From positions 1 to 64,000 of the IMG/VR virus record IMGVR_UViG_3300020037_002731: a DNA stretch of 64,000 bases; one strand, written 5' to 3'. The notes under the pieces were generated by a model, which was not told the origin of the DNA, searched no databases, and saw nothing but the letters and a program-made list of their open reading frames with translations. Both the position numbers and the translations under genes were made by a program. Each line of letters starts with the position of its first letter. Positions within the stretch are counted from its first letter, which is position 1. Positions 53,856-62,921 of the stretch are shown here, piece after piece. The DNA comes from a virus. Lineage: Duplodnaviria; Caudoviricetes.

Positions 53856-54188
53856 TTAATAGAAGGATACCCAAGCAACTCCATTATAACCTTGAAAAGT
53901 TACAGTAGTAGTATTATAGATCATTTGACCTTGTACTGGAGTAAGTAAGTCTCTTTGAGCTGTTGTGTAAACAGGAGCTATACTAATTAAAGCATTTACA
54001 ATAGCTCTTGTTTGTACTGCTAATGTTCCTATAGCATATATCATTTGACCTATATCAGATCCTTCAGAGTAAGTTAATCCTGATATACCAGATGAATCAT
54101 AAGTAATACATTCACTACTTATTATATCTTCACAACCAGTACATGGTGAACATGAATTAGTATTTGAATTGGAACAGTTATTAGCCAT
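53856..54188 (-). CDS. Short tail-fibre-like protein
   Basis: Same Cys-rich N-terminus as the 853-aa fibre. TTAQRD.L....G.MIYNTT...FQGY.G..W module. Confidence 0.75.
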   Translation of the reverse strand: MANNCSNSNTNSCSPCTGCEDIISSECITYDSSGISGLTYSEGSDIGQMIYAIGTLAVQTRAIVNALISIAPVYTTAQRDLLTPVQGQMIYNTTTVTFQGYNGVAWVSFY

Positions 54189-54191
54189 ATA

Positions 54192-54773
54192 TTAAACAGT
54201 AACTATTAAATAAGAAATAAGTACAGCTACATCTTGATCTCCTCCTGCTGGATTAGCTGTTTGATGAGAAAGTACCAAAGGATCATTTATTCTTAATGTA
54301 TCATATCCAGTAGTTCCAGGAATCATTTTACTTACTATACTAGTACTTGTTGTAGTTAAAGAAGCATCAGAAGTTATAAATGCTGGATTAGTTGCATTAG
54401 TAGTTTTAACTCTTAAGTTACTTGAACCTACAGTGTAAGCTACTCCTGTTGTATCATTTTTAATTTCTACACTCAAAGGTTGTATGTACTTACCACTTCC
54501 AGGAGCATTTATTAATGTGTAAGGATTGGTAAATAATAGCACTACACTGCTAGCAGGAACTACTACTTTAACTTGCAGTACTTGTCCTGTTATAGCATTA
54601 TCAATAGCTACAAATATATCATTAATCCCTTGAGCAGGATCAATATTTAAATTAGGTAACTCTACTCCATTGTATGTAACACATTCACTATTTAAAGTAA
54701 CTGGACACTCTACACTGCAAGATTCACAGCCATTACTAACTTCTATAGGATCAGGGCAATTGCAATCAGCCAT
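54192..54773 (-). CDS. Tail fibre-associated structural protein
   Basis: Cys-rich N-terminus with NSECVTYNG...I..I..AID. Confidence 0.7.
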   Translation of the reverse strand: MADCNCPDPIEVSNGCESCSVECPVTLNSECVTYNGVELPNLNIDPAQGINDIFVAIDNAITGQVLQVKVVVPASSVVLLFTNPYTLINAPGSGKYIQPLSVEIKNDTTGVAYTVGSSNLRVKTTNATNPAFITSDASLTTTSTSIVSKMIPGTTGYDTLRINDPLVLSHQTANPAGGDQDVAVLISYLIVTV

Positions 54774-54795
54774 AGTATATATTTTTATAAATTAA

Positions 54796-55425
54796 TTAAT
54801 CAATATAATATTCACAATCAATATTAAATGTAGCTGAAACTCCACTTAAAGTATTTAATAATAAACTCATAGCTCCAGTACTTAAAATTTGTATTTCTCC
54901 AGGAACATAAGTACCTCCATTATTAGCATTTACTGAAAAATGTTGAGTACTGGTAGGTCTATATGCAGTCCCAAGAGTTGTAACTAAAGTTGATGTTGGG
55001 TAATTACTAGCTGTAACTCTTCCTCTAATTTGTACTTTACCTAAAGCATCTACAGTAACTTCACCATCTCTACTTCCTTGATTTGTAAAGGCTGTTGCGT
55101 AAGTAATATCAGTCCACACAGGAGCAGGAATATCTATATCTAAAGTTCTACATCCACTTCCATCTGCTTCTGATACTGTTATATCTAATGTACCTACAGG
55201 GGAATCTAGCTTTTCAGCTAAATATCCACAACATTCATCAGTACTACTTACTTTAACAGTACAAGTATCTTCAATACTAAGAATTCTATCTATAATAGTT
55301 TCTAGAATAATATCTAAGCTCTTACCTAAACATATTTCAATTCCATCATCTGCTGTAGAGTATGTAGTACCAGTATAAAAAATACATGAAGTATAATTTT
55401 TACTTAAACAAGGATTAGGTTGCAT
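54796..55425 (-). CDS. Tail fibre-associated structural protein
   Basis: TSCIFYTG...LD.IL; CCGYL..KL; C-terminal G.V.IRG beta-sandwich typical of fibre tips. Confidence 0.7.
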   Translation of the reverse strand: MQPNPCLSKNYTSCIFYTGTTYSTADDGIEICLGKSLDIILETIIDRILSIEDTCTVKVSSTDECCGYLAEKLDSPVGTLDITVSEADGSGCRTLDIDIPAPVWTDITYATAFTNQGSRDGEVTVDALGKVQIRGRVTASNYPTSTLVTTLGTAYRPTSTQHFSVNANNGGTYVPGEIQILSTGAMSLLLNTLSGVSATFNIDCEYYID

Positions 55426-55870
55426 GAGATTGTTGTTGAATTTTATTTATAAAATATTCTAAAGTTGTATCATCAAGTATTTGACAATCTGATATAAAAT
55501 ATGCATCTTTGTAGATATAAGAACAAGTAGTATAGTCTACTTCTGATATTGTATAAGTATCACATACTTGGAATAAAAACTTAGCTCCTACTTTTTTTAA
55601 TAATCTCTCTGTATGTACAGTTTCATATTCTGTACCATTTACTGTAATACTTCCTGTAGTTGTGCTGTAAGAACAACTTGGATACCTTTGCATATTGAAA
55701 TTATATACTTTGTTTAGTATATAACTATAAGTACTCCAATTTTGTATCTCTGTTTGTACTGGTCTTTTTGTAAATGTGTACTTAAGAAGATTAAAAAATA
55801 CTTGAGCTTTATCTAAGATTTTCTTCTCAAATTTAAGTTTTAGTAATTTAATATCTTCAATATTGTACAT
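55415..55870 (-). CDS. Hypothetical structural protein
   Basis: 151 aa in the tail module. Confidence 0.6.
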   Translation of the reverse strand: MYNIEDIKLLKLKFEKKILDKAQVFFNLLKYTFTKRPVQTEIQNWSTYSYILNKVYNFNMQRYPSCSYSTTTGSITVNGTEYETVHTERLLKKVGAKFLFQVCDTYTISEVDYTTCSYIYKDAYFISDCQILDDTTLEYFINKIQQQSHAT

Positions 55871-56148
55871 TATAAAAGACTTATTTGAGCATAATCATTT
55901 GCCCAGGTTTCATATGAACTTGAATTAGTACATGAACTTGAGTCTAGTTGTTTAGCTGCTATACTTTGATTTATTAAAGCCATTTGTTCTTGTACATACA
56001 TTTCTGAAAATCCTAAATCATTGTACAAATTTTCATCAATAACTCTTTGGTATCCACTTAAATACAACACTAAAGTTTGTGCTGTAGTACTATTACAATT
56101 TGCTTGTTGGGCTAATAGTCTGGCTCTTTCTTGGCAAGGTCTACACAT
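55870..56148 (-). CDS. Hypothetical structural protein (Cys-containing)
   Basis: MCRPC N-terminus, 92 aa. Confidence 0.6.
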   Translation of the reverse strand: MCRPCQERARLLAQQANCNSTTAQTLVLYLSGYQRVIDENLYNDLGFSEMYVQEQMALINQSIAAKQLDSSSCTNSSSYETWANDYAQISLL

Positions 56149-56168
56149 TTTTTCTTTATTTTATTCTT

Positions 56169-56711
56169 TTAAAAATTATTTAATTGAGTAACTACATAAT
56201 CAAATTTATCTTCAGCTTCAGTAAATCTTAAAAATGTTACATCTACTTTAGCTTGTTCTAGTAACTGAAGGAGGTAATTTAATTGTTGTATTCTTTTATC
56301 TGTTATATCAGTTCCATATAAATTATATTGAGGGGAACTTGTTGGTACTGTAAGAATACCTGATAGAATGTTTAATATTTGATTTTCAGTACTCTTAGTT
56401 CTTAGATATTTTACAGTATAGTACACACTTGCATTAGGACATACACTATAAGTAAAAGTATAAATTCCATCAGGTAAATCATTTAATCCTGCTGAACAGG
56501 TTGTATTAGTTAATCCAAATGAATTACTAGTTAAAAATGTTCTACCTTTTAATCTAAATAATGGAAAAAAATCACAAGTACTTCCTGGGATATTTACTTT
56601 TAAGGAAACATTAGTTATACTCATGTTATTATCATACAATGATATATCAAATATATCTTGTACTCTAGCATCAGTTTGTTCAGGAAAATATAGATTAAGA
56701 CAATGAGCCAT
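56169..56711 (-). CDS. Tail hub-like structural protein
   Basis: DLPDGIYTFTYSV.P...Y...YLRT pattern recalled from crAss-like tail modules. Confidence 0.6.
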   Translation of the reverse strand: MAHCLNLYFPEQTDARVQDIFDISLYDNNMSITNVSLKVNIPGSTCDFFPLFRLKGRTFLTSNSFGLTNTTCSAGLNDLPDGIYTFTYSVCPNASVYYTVKYLRTKSTENQILNILSGILTVPTSSPQYNLYGTDITDKRIQQLNYLLQLLEQAKVDVTFLRFTEAEDKFDYVVTQLNNF

Positions 56712-56962
56712 TATTTTTTAATTTCTTTTGATAAAGTATTTATAGTATCATTTTTCATACTTGAACTTTGAGAACTCCCAAATACAAATTCAAATGGTTT
56801 TTGGTATTGCGCTCCTAATGTTCCAATAGCACTTCCTATTAGTAGTATTACTTCTTTATTTAAATTATCTAATCCCATTATAGCTGTAAATACAATTATT
56901 CCTACAAAAGCAATACTACCAAATACTGTTAAAAATATCTTTATGAATTTATTTTCATCCAT
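56711..56962 (-). CDS. Holin-like two-TM membrane protein
   Basis: Two hydrophobic helices followed by FVFGSSQSS..K. Likely start MDENK at 56962. Confidence 0.55.
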   Translation of the reverse strand: MDENKFIKIFLTVFGSIAFVGIIVFTAIMGLDNLNKEVILLIGSAIGTLGAQYQKPFEFVFGSSQSSSMKNDTINTLSKEIKK

Positions 56963-57341
56963 GATTATCAAACATTGATTCCAGTTCATTATAGTATTTT
57001 TTATTAATCCACATATAATGCTCTGGTTGTGTTTTAACTTTACTTACTGGTTTTTTAAATAAGTATCCATAGTCTCTGTAAAATTGAGTTATATTAAGAT
57101 CATATAAATCAAACTTAGTATTCATGTATTCTTTATTATAATTTAATTCCTTTTGTAATTGGAATATATCTTTAGTATTAGCAGCTATATCTCTAGTATT
57201 TTCTGCAATTTGTAAATAAACTTTATCTTGATTTAATAATATAGTATCTAGTGTATTTTGAAGATTGTTGTATGCTATCATTCCAAATGCACCTGATAAA
57301 GTCATAAATAACCCTAATGCCCAATCTTTCCAATTTTTCAT
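56955..57341 (-). CDS. Single-TM coiled-coil membrane protein (lysis-associated?)
   Basis: WALGLFMTLSGAFGMIAY then heptad repeats; adjacent to the holin-like gene. Confidence 0.5.
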   Translation of the reverse strand: MKNWKDWALGLFMTLSGAFGMIAYNNLQNTLDTILLNQDKVYLQIAENTRDIAANTKDIFQLQKELNYNKEYMNTKFDLYDLNITQFYRDYGYLFKKPVSKVKTQPEHYMWINKKYYNELESMFDNHG

Positions 57342-57367
57342 TACTAAAATAAAAGTTTTATATTATG

Positions 57368-58840
57368 TTAAAATCTGTATATATTTATTGAATACCCAGG
57401 TACTATAAATGTTGAATCTGCTGCATTATCTTCTGTAATTACTCCTGAATTTAAAGAAGTACTATGAATACTGTATCTTGTGTTTGATGTTATTTCAGTA
57501 CTATTAATCATTATATTAGGAAATTCTTGTTGAGTACCTTCATAATTAATAATACACAAGTAATAATTTGAATTCTGATCTACTGTACAAAATGTAGTTA
57601 AAGAATTTGTGCTAGCTCCACTTAATGTTACTGGAACATATTCTAAATCATCTGTTCCTAAAACATTACCAAGAGCTTTTACTGCATAAAAATGTACTTT
57701 TCTTGTTAAATTATTTTGTCTTATTAATCCATTTAAGCTTTGGTAACTCATACCAAATACTTTACTCCCATTATTATGACTCCAATCTAAACAAGCTTGA
57801 ACTATCCATACAATAAACATTAATCCTAACATAGTTTCATGAATTGGAGTAGGATTTTGATCTGGAAGTCCATAAACAATATTAACTAGTTTACCTGAAT
57901 AATATGTATCTATAGCATCTAATCTTGTAGGAATAACTACATCTTTAATATTTAAAGCTTCTCCTAAATCATTTACACTATCAAAATTATGGTGAAGCAT
58001 GTATTCTCTAACTCCATCATAATCAAGTACTCCTGAATTAGTTAATCCTGCTCTCCAACCTATATCTCTTTGTGTTGTTTCTGCTATTGGAGAAGTATCT
58101 AAAAATACTGCTGCATTTGGAGCTAAAGCTCTTAATCCTGCAACTCCTGGATCTATTTTTGTAATGTAGTTAGCTACATTTGTCTGTATTGCTGGTAAAG
58201 CTGGATTTAAAGCTTGCCCTACTGCATTCCACCAAATATCATTTCCACTTGTATTTTGTTCTAATCCTAATTGTATATTATAAACTGGAATACTTCTATT
58301 ATTGCAAAAAGTTAATTTCCATTCAGCTTGATCTCTCCATGTTTGTAGATCTACCATTGCATCTACTTGAGGATTCATTACATGAGATACTGCTACTGTT
58401 CTTGTTGGAGTACTTACTAAAGTACTTAATTCAAGTAAATTACTAAATGCTGGATGTCCATAATCAGTATCAGGACAACATAAACCATCTTGAACTACAC
58501 AACCACTTGTTGCATCACAATTTAATCCTCCAGTTCCTACAGCTTGATCTAAACTTGTATCTCCTATATTAACTATTTCTAAATCTGAATTAGCTAAACC
58601 TGGATGTTGTAAAGTACTTGGATTTAATTCTTTAATTAAATTAACATATTCTTCTGTAAGTAAATCATCAAACCATGTGTAAGTACTTGTATTATTTCCT
58701 CTTTTCCAAATCTCTTGAGTACTTATTCCATGAAATCCATTATCAATACTAGAAGTACTTAAAGCATCAAGTACTATATTAGTACTTGGAGTAGGAACTA
58801 TTAATTTCTTTACACCTGTTACTCCTATCTTTATTTGCAT
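57368..58840 (-). CDS. Glycoside-hydrolase-like (clan A TIM barrel plus beta-sandwich) virion protein
   Basis: IKEL.P..LQHPG, IQLGLEQ in place of the usual E.GNE, and C-terminal CIINY...PGYSINIYRF. Confidence 0.5.
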   Translation of the reverse strand: MQIKIGVTGVKKLIVPTPSTNIVLDALSTSSIDNGFHGISTQEIWKRGNNTSTYTWFDDLLTEEYVNLIKELNPSTLQHPGLANSDLEIVNIGDTSLDQAVGTGGLNCDATSGCVVQDGLCCPDTDYGHPAFSNLLELSTLVSTPTRTVAVSHVMNPQVDAMVDLQTWRDQAEWKLTFCNNRSIPVYNIQLGLEQNTSGNDIWWNAVGQALNPALPAIQTNVANYITKIDPGVAGLRALAPNAAVFLDTSPIAETTQRDIGWRAGLTNSGVLDYDGVREYMLHHNFDSVNDLGEALNIKDVVIPTRLDAIDTYYSGKLVNIVYGLPDQNPTPIHETMLGLMFIVWIVQACLDWSHNNGSKVFGMSYQSLNGLIRQNNLTRKVHFYAVKALGNVLGTDDLEYVPVTLSGASTNSLTTFCTVDQNSNYYLCIINYEGTQQEFPNIMINSTEITSNTRYSIHSTSLNSGVITEDNAADSTFIVPGYSINIYRF

Positions 58841-58849
58841 TATTCATTA

Positions 58850-60028
58850 TTATAATGAAGTTGTTCTAACAAAATCTCTTGAAACCCAATCTATACTAAA
58901 AGCAGTATCAGTAGTCCCAGCAGATTTTTCAATTTTTATTAGTTCACTTGTAATTCTAGCTACAGTAATAGGAATGTTAGTTATTACATTTCCTATATTA
59001 GCATCATTTACAAAATAATCTACTCTTGTTCCAGCAGCATTTACTTCTATCCTTAATTTAGTCCAAGCAGCAGCCCCCACAGCTACAGCACTTGCAGTAC
59101 TAGTTCTATTACCAGCACCACCATTTGCAGTACACATTTGCCAATTAACACTAGTAAGTCTATCATACTTAAAGTATGCTCCATCACTCATATCTCCAGC
59201 ACCACTTACATCTCCAAAACCTAAGTACACTATGTATTCATCAGTTACAGTACTAAGAACTGGAATGTACACATAAGTTTCAAATACATGAACTCCACCA
59301 CCAAAAAATACATTTGAACTTCCTCTCTGAATACTACTTCTAGCAGTAGTTCCTGTACCAGTAATTAAAGATATTACTCCAGCTTGAGAACTAGTTAATC
59401 CAGTACTTACACCCATAGTAATACCAGCTCCAGCACCACCACCAGCATTAGCTGTATTAGTAAATCCAGTATCAGCTATTGCATTATTTTCAAAGTCTTC
59501 TTCCCAATGTAAATGCTTAGTTAAAGTTCTAATCTTAGCAGCAGTTTCTACATACCAAGCTCCAGTTGCACTTGCAATACTAGTACAAGTAAATCTTGTA
59601 GTTTCATCTGGAAGCATTCTTCTTTTAACAGTACCAGCATTATCTTGTACTACTATTATATTAGTACTACTATTAATTATTCTGAAAGTTTTACCTACAG
59701 TATAAGTAGTACAATCTCCTAAATTAATAGTTTGTACTTGAGTACTTCCTGTAAATTCCTGATTAGGAGTACTAAGTATTGTTAATGTTACTGTTGTATT
59801 TGTTGTTGCAGTACTTGTAAATGAACTAGGATTAATAGTTTCACCTAGTACTCCAGCATTATTATAAAGAAGATAAGTATCAGTAGCATCTGTAACTTCA
59901 GTAACATCAATTACTAAATCTACATTTCCAGCTATGATACTAGCAATTTCTTCTTGAAGACAACAAATTTCTTCTTGAATTTGTTTTATTCTTGTAAGAA
60001 AATTATCTTCAGTTACAGTTTTAGACAT
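58850..60028 (-). CDS. Tail fibre/spike protein with lectin (ConA-like) C-terminal domain
   Basis: N-terminal coiled coil (EEICCLQEE), Thr-rich shaft, FE..V..P.LS...Y.V..GF.D...W.KLRIEV...V.YFVND. Confidence 0.65.
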   Translation of the reverse strand: MSKTVTEDNFLTRIKQIQEEICCLQEEIASIIAGNVDLVIDVTEVTDATDTYLLYNNAGVLGETINPSSFTSTATTNTTVTLTILSTPNQEFTGSTQVQTINLGDCTTYTVGKTFRIINSSTNIIVVQDNAGTVKRRMLPDETTRFTCTSIASATGAWYVETAAKIRTLTKHLHWEEDFENNAIADTGFTNTANAGGGAGAGITMGVSTGLTSSQAGVISLITGTGTTARSSIQRGSSNVFFGGGVHVFETYVYIPVLSTVTDEYIVYLGFGDVSGAGDMSDGAYFKYDRLTSVNWQMCTANGGAGNRTSTASAVAVGAAAWTKLRIEVNAAGTRVDYFVNDANIGNVITNIPITVARITSELIKIEKSAGTTDTAFSIDWVSRDFVRTTSL

Positions 60029-60084
60029 TACTTGGGCATTTATGTAAAATACATATCATTATTTAAATAAAAGTTTATTGGAAA

Positions 60085-60693
60085 TTATCCTATTCTATAA
60101 AGCTTGGCTACAGTAGCACTTGAGAATACAATTCTGAAAATTCCTATTGCATTAGCAACAGAAACAGTAAGAGTTGCTCCACCAGTTATTACAGGAGTAG
60201 CAGCAGTAATACCAGCACCTACTAAAATTGTAACAGTATTAGCACCAGCAGTATTATCAACAATAAATTCAAAACTAGTTCCAGCAACAGCACCAATTTC
60301 AGCAGCTAACAAAGTAGCTGTTGGAAGTGTGATTGAAGTAGCAGCAGCACTAGTAGTTGTTATGTATCCAGTAGCTAAAGCACTAGCTTCAATTGTAGCA
60401 GTTTCAGGAACAGCAGTAGCTGTATGTGATTCTACAATAGCTTCTTCAAAAGTAGTAGGAACATTTACAGTAAATCTTTCTGCACCAGGAGTAAAGTTCT
60501 GTATAAAATCAGCACAACATGGATCTGCATTAAGCAAACCATTTACAACAAGCAAGTTATTCACCCACTTTTGCATATCAAAATTTGGTGAATTATCTCC
60601 TTTTGTACTTCTATTACTTCTAGCAGGACTTAGTACTCCTTTACTTATAAAAAGTTTTGGTTGAGTCTCCCTAAAATTACGTTCATTAAACAT
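60085..60693 (-). CDS. Ala/Thr-rich structural (decoration or fibre) protein
   Basis: DPCC motif, ITLPTA...GTSFEFIV.N..GA.TVT. Confidence 0.6.
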   Translation of the reverse strand: MFNERNFRETQPKLFISKGVLSPARSNRSTKGDNSPNFDMQKWVNNLLVVNGLLNADPCCADFIQNFTPGAERFTVNVPTTFEEAIVESHTATAVPETATIEASALATGYITTTSAAATSITLPTATLLAAEIGAVAGTSFEFIVDNTAGANTVTILVGAGITAATPVITGGATLTVSVANAIGIFRIVFSSATVAKLYRIG

Positions 60694-60724
60694 AAAGTAT
60701 AATAAGTTTTAAAATTAAAATAAT

Positions 60725-60751
60725 AAAAGGAAGGGCTATAGTTGCCCTTCC
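60725..60751 (-). terminator. Intrinsic terminator
   Basis: Minus strand GGAAGGGC-aactata-GCCCTTCC-TTTT. Confidence 0.85.
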
Positions 60752-60767
60752 AATAAAATAAACATAA

Positions 60768-62120
60768 TTAGGTAGTTACTGATATTCCAGCAGCAGCAGC
60801 AATACTAGCTAAGATTGTATCCATATTAGTAGACATTGTGCTACTAGCAGGGGAAGCAATATAAGTAATAGCTGGAGTGTAAGCAAGTTGTCCACCCATT
60901 GAAGTAGTAGGAAAAGTCCTGGAACTTTCAATCATGTACAAGTCATAAGTATCAGTACTTACTACAGAACTGAAATACCCAAGGTTAGCAGCACAATCCA
61001 AGAACCATTGTCTTTGATCAGTGTAACCTTTAGCATCCATTTCCAAGTACAACATTTCTTTTGAAGTACCTCTTCCAGCAAAGAATGCAGTCAGTTGGGA
61101 ACTATCAAAATCACAAGGAAAGCTTTGAGCAGCATCTCTAGTAATTTCAAAAGTTACACCTTCAAAATCAAAAGGATAAGGAGGGAAGCAGCAGCATCCT
61201 GAATAAGCATCCAAGAATCTACCAGTAAATTGAATACCACATGCAGTTACAGCAGTAGTATCTACAATACTCATAGAACTTGTACTTACAGTAGCAGTTA
61301 CAGTTAAAGCAGCTATACTAGCTCTATGCCAAGGAGTATCCAAGGTAATTTGAGTACCAGTAGTAACACCTACAGCAACTTTAAATACTGGATCTGAATC
61401 TGTAGTATCAACCACATTATCAGCAGCTATTCTAATATAAGCACCAGTAGCAATAGTTACATTACCAGCAAAAGTTACAATTTTACTTCCTTGTGTAAGG
61501 ACAGCAGTAGTTGTAGCAAGACCAGTTCCAATATCACTTGCTGAACCATCAAGCAACATTTCAGCAAAGACAAACCTTGCAGGAATACTAGCTTGATTAG
61601 TTTCATTAAATGCTTTTACAAACTTTGCAGTTTCTAACCAGCAATCACTAGTACTACAACCTTCACAATCATCACAACATTCTGTATGAATTACAGTACT
61701 TTGTGTAAGACCAAGGTTGTTATAAAATTTCCTGATGTAAGGAGAATAAGCAATAAGCTTAAATCCATAATCAGCATCACAATCATAAGAAAGAGATTTA
61801 GCAGTATCACTACCATCAAATCCAATTGTCCATACTTGTGCTACAGGAGCACTATAAGTCTTTTTGACAATTCTTGTAATAGTGTTAGCATCAATAGGAA
61901 AACTCCTGATACTAAATCTATCACTAGCACTAGCTTTTTGAGCTACAAAAAATGGATTTTCAGTGGCTAATGTAAAAGCAGCACCAGTGTTAGCTAGGGT
62001 ACTTTGTACAAAAAATCCTACTTCACCAGCAGTAAATCCTGCACCAGTAAAAGCAGCAGAGGTCTCAAGACCTCCAGATAATCCAAGAATAAAAATAGGC
62101 TTCCTTTCCCAATTTGGCAT
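60768..62120 (-). CDS. crAss-like structural protein (auxiliary capsid/decoration type)
   Basis: 450 aa, third gene after the expected capsid position. Y.A...QV..IG.DG and G.G...E...LE..A.G motifs. Own promoter and terminator suggest high expression. Confidence 0.6.
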   Translation of the reverse strand: MPNWERKPIFILGLSGGLETSAAFTGAGFTAGEVGFFVQSTLANTGAAFTLATENPFFVAQKASASDRFSIRSFPIDANTITRIVKKTYSAPVAQVWTIGFDGSDTAKSLSYDCDADYGFKLIAYSPYIRKFYNNLGLTQSTVIHTECCDDCEGCSTSDCWLETAKFVKAFNETNQASIPARFVFAEMLLDGSASDIGTGLATTTAVLTQGSKIVTFAGNVTIATGAYIRIAADNVVDTTDSDPVFKVAVGVTTGTQITLDTPWHRASIAALTVTATVSTSSMSIVDTTAVTACGIQFTGRFLDAYSGCCCFPPYPFDFEGVTFEITRDAAQSFPCDFDSSQLTAFFAGRGTSKEMLYLEMDAKGYTDQRQWFLDCAANLGYFSSVVSTDTYDLYMIESSRTFPTTSMGGQLAYTPAITYIASPASSTMSTNMDTILASIAAAAGISVTT

Positions 62121-62176
62121 TGTAATTAAATTTAAAGGTTAAAATAAAATAAGTTTAGTTATATAATATATTTTGA

Positions 62177-62208
62177 TAAAAATACGAAATAAAGTTGATA
62201 TTTACAAA
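62177..62208 (-). promoter_or_regulatory. Bacteroidota sigma70-type promoter
   Basis: TTTG-taaatatcaactttatttcg(20 nt)-TATTTTTA, overlapping the upstream stop codon. Confidence 0.65.
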
Positions 62209-62915
62209 TTTCTATTTTTAGCTAGATCAGCAGATAAAAGTTTGTATCCTTCTGTATCTCCAATAATAGCTTTAGTGTTTAAAGCAGCTAAAGTAATAAT
62301 ATCTTCTAGTAAGTAATCTGGTAACTCTGAATTTACATCAGCACTTGCAGAGCCATCTAAGTGAACATAACCAGCTAGATCTATTTGTGTTGGAGTCTTT
62401 AAGTATTCTATGTGTAATTCTGTACAAGTAAAAGTTCCATCAGTGTACCCAAAGATTTTACCTGAACTAATGTTAATAGGTAATTCTTGCCATTCAAAGC
62501 TAGGGTATTTATAAGGATCTTTTGATACTAGAATATCATTAAGTTCATCATGGCTGTACTGAATATTTCTTAAAGCCCTGTCAACACATAAATCCTTTGT
62601 CGCCAAAGAATAGCTCCTAAGTAAATGTAAATAATTGTCTGGTAAAGCACCTGTAAAAATGTTGTTTCCTGCACTAATGTAAGTTATATTGGGTAGATCA
62701 TTTACAACTAAGGCTTCTAAATCATCTATCCTTCTTTGAAAACTCTCTACTCCTTGTCTGAAAAGATTGTTAATTCCATAAATAGCATCAGTATAACCTA
62801 AGATAGTCTTATTAAGAATATCTAATATGGTTGGTAATGGTAAATCAATAAAATCTTGTGAATCTAATTTATTTACCGTTACCTTATATTTATATACTAC
62901 TTCAGCAGTTATCAT
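62202..62915 (-). CDS. Head-tail ring/connector protein (crAss gene-74-like)
   Basis: K..VNKLDS...FE..Q.RIDDL..LV, Y.K.P, SELP......I..A pattern; synteny. Confidence 0.7.
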   Translation of the reverse strand: MITAEVVYKYKVTVNKLDSQDFIDLPLPTILDILNKTILGYTDAIYGINNLFRQGVESFQRRIDDLEALVVNDLPNITYISAGNNIFTGALPDNYLHLLRSYSLATKDLCVDRALRNIQYSHDELNDILVSKDPYKYPSFEWQELPINISSGKIFGYTDGTFTCTELHIEYLKTPTQIDLAGYVHLDGSASADVNSELPDYLLEDIITLAALNTKAIIGDTEGYKLLSADLAKNRNL

Positions 62916-62921
62916 TTAATG

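Noticed and set aside
20203-58446. Many short plus-strand or alternate-frame ORFs inside the virion block (e.g. 20203, 21513, 22521, 30075, 32203, 34419, 42198, 52303)
   Set aside because: Fully nested in long conserved genes, with composition typical of AT-rich antisense or out-of-frame noise.
60104-60664. 186-aa plus-strand ORF (also 51363..51710, 61686..61970 and 63139..63399)
   Set aside because: These are antisense shadows of Ala/Thr/Val-rich minus-strand structural genes. They have no independent start context or motifs.
60768-62120. 450-aa protein as the major capsid protein
   Set aside because: No HK97-type features recognised. In crAss gene order the capsid gene lies upstream of the 346-aa gene, beyond the window end.
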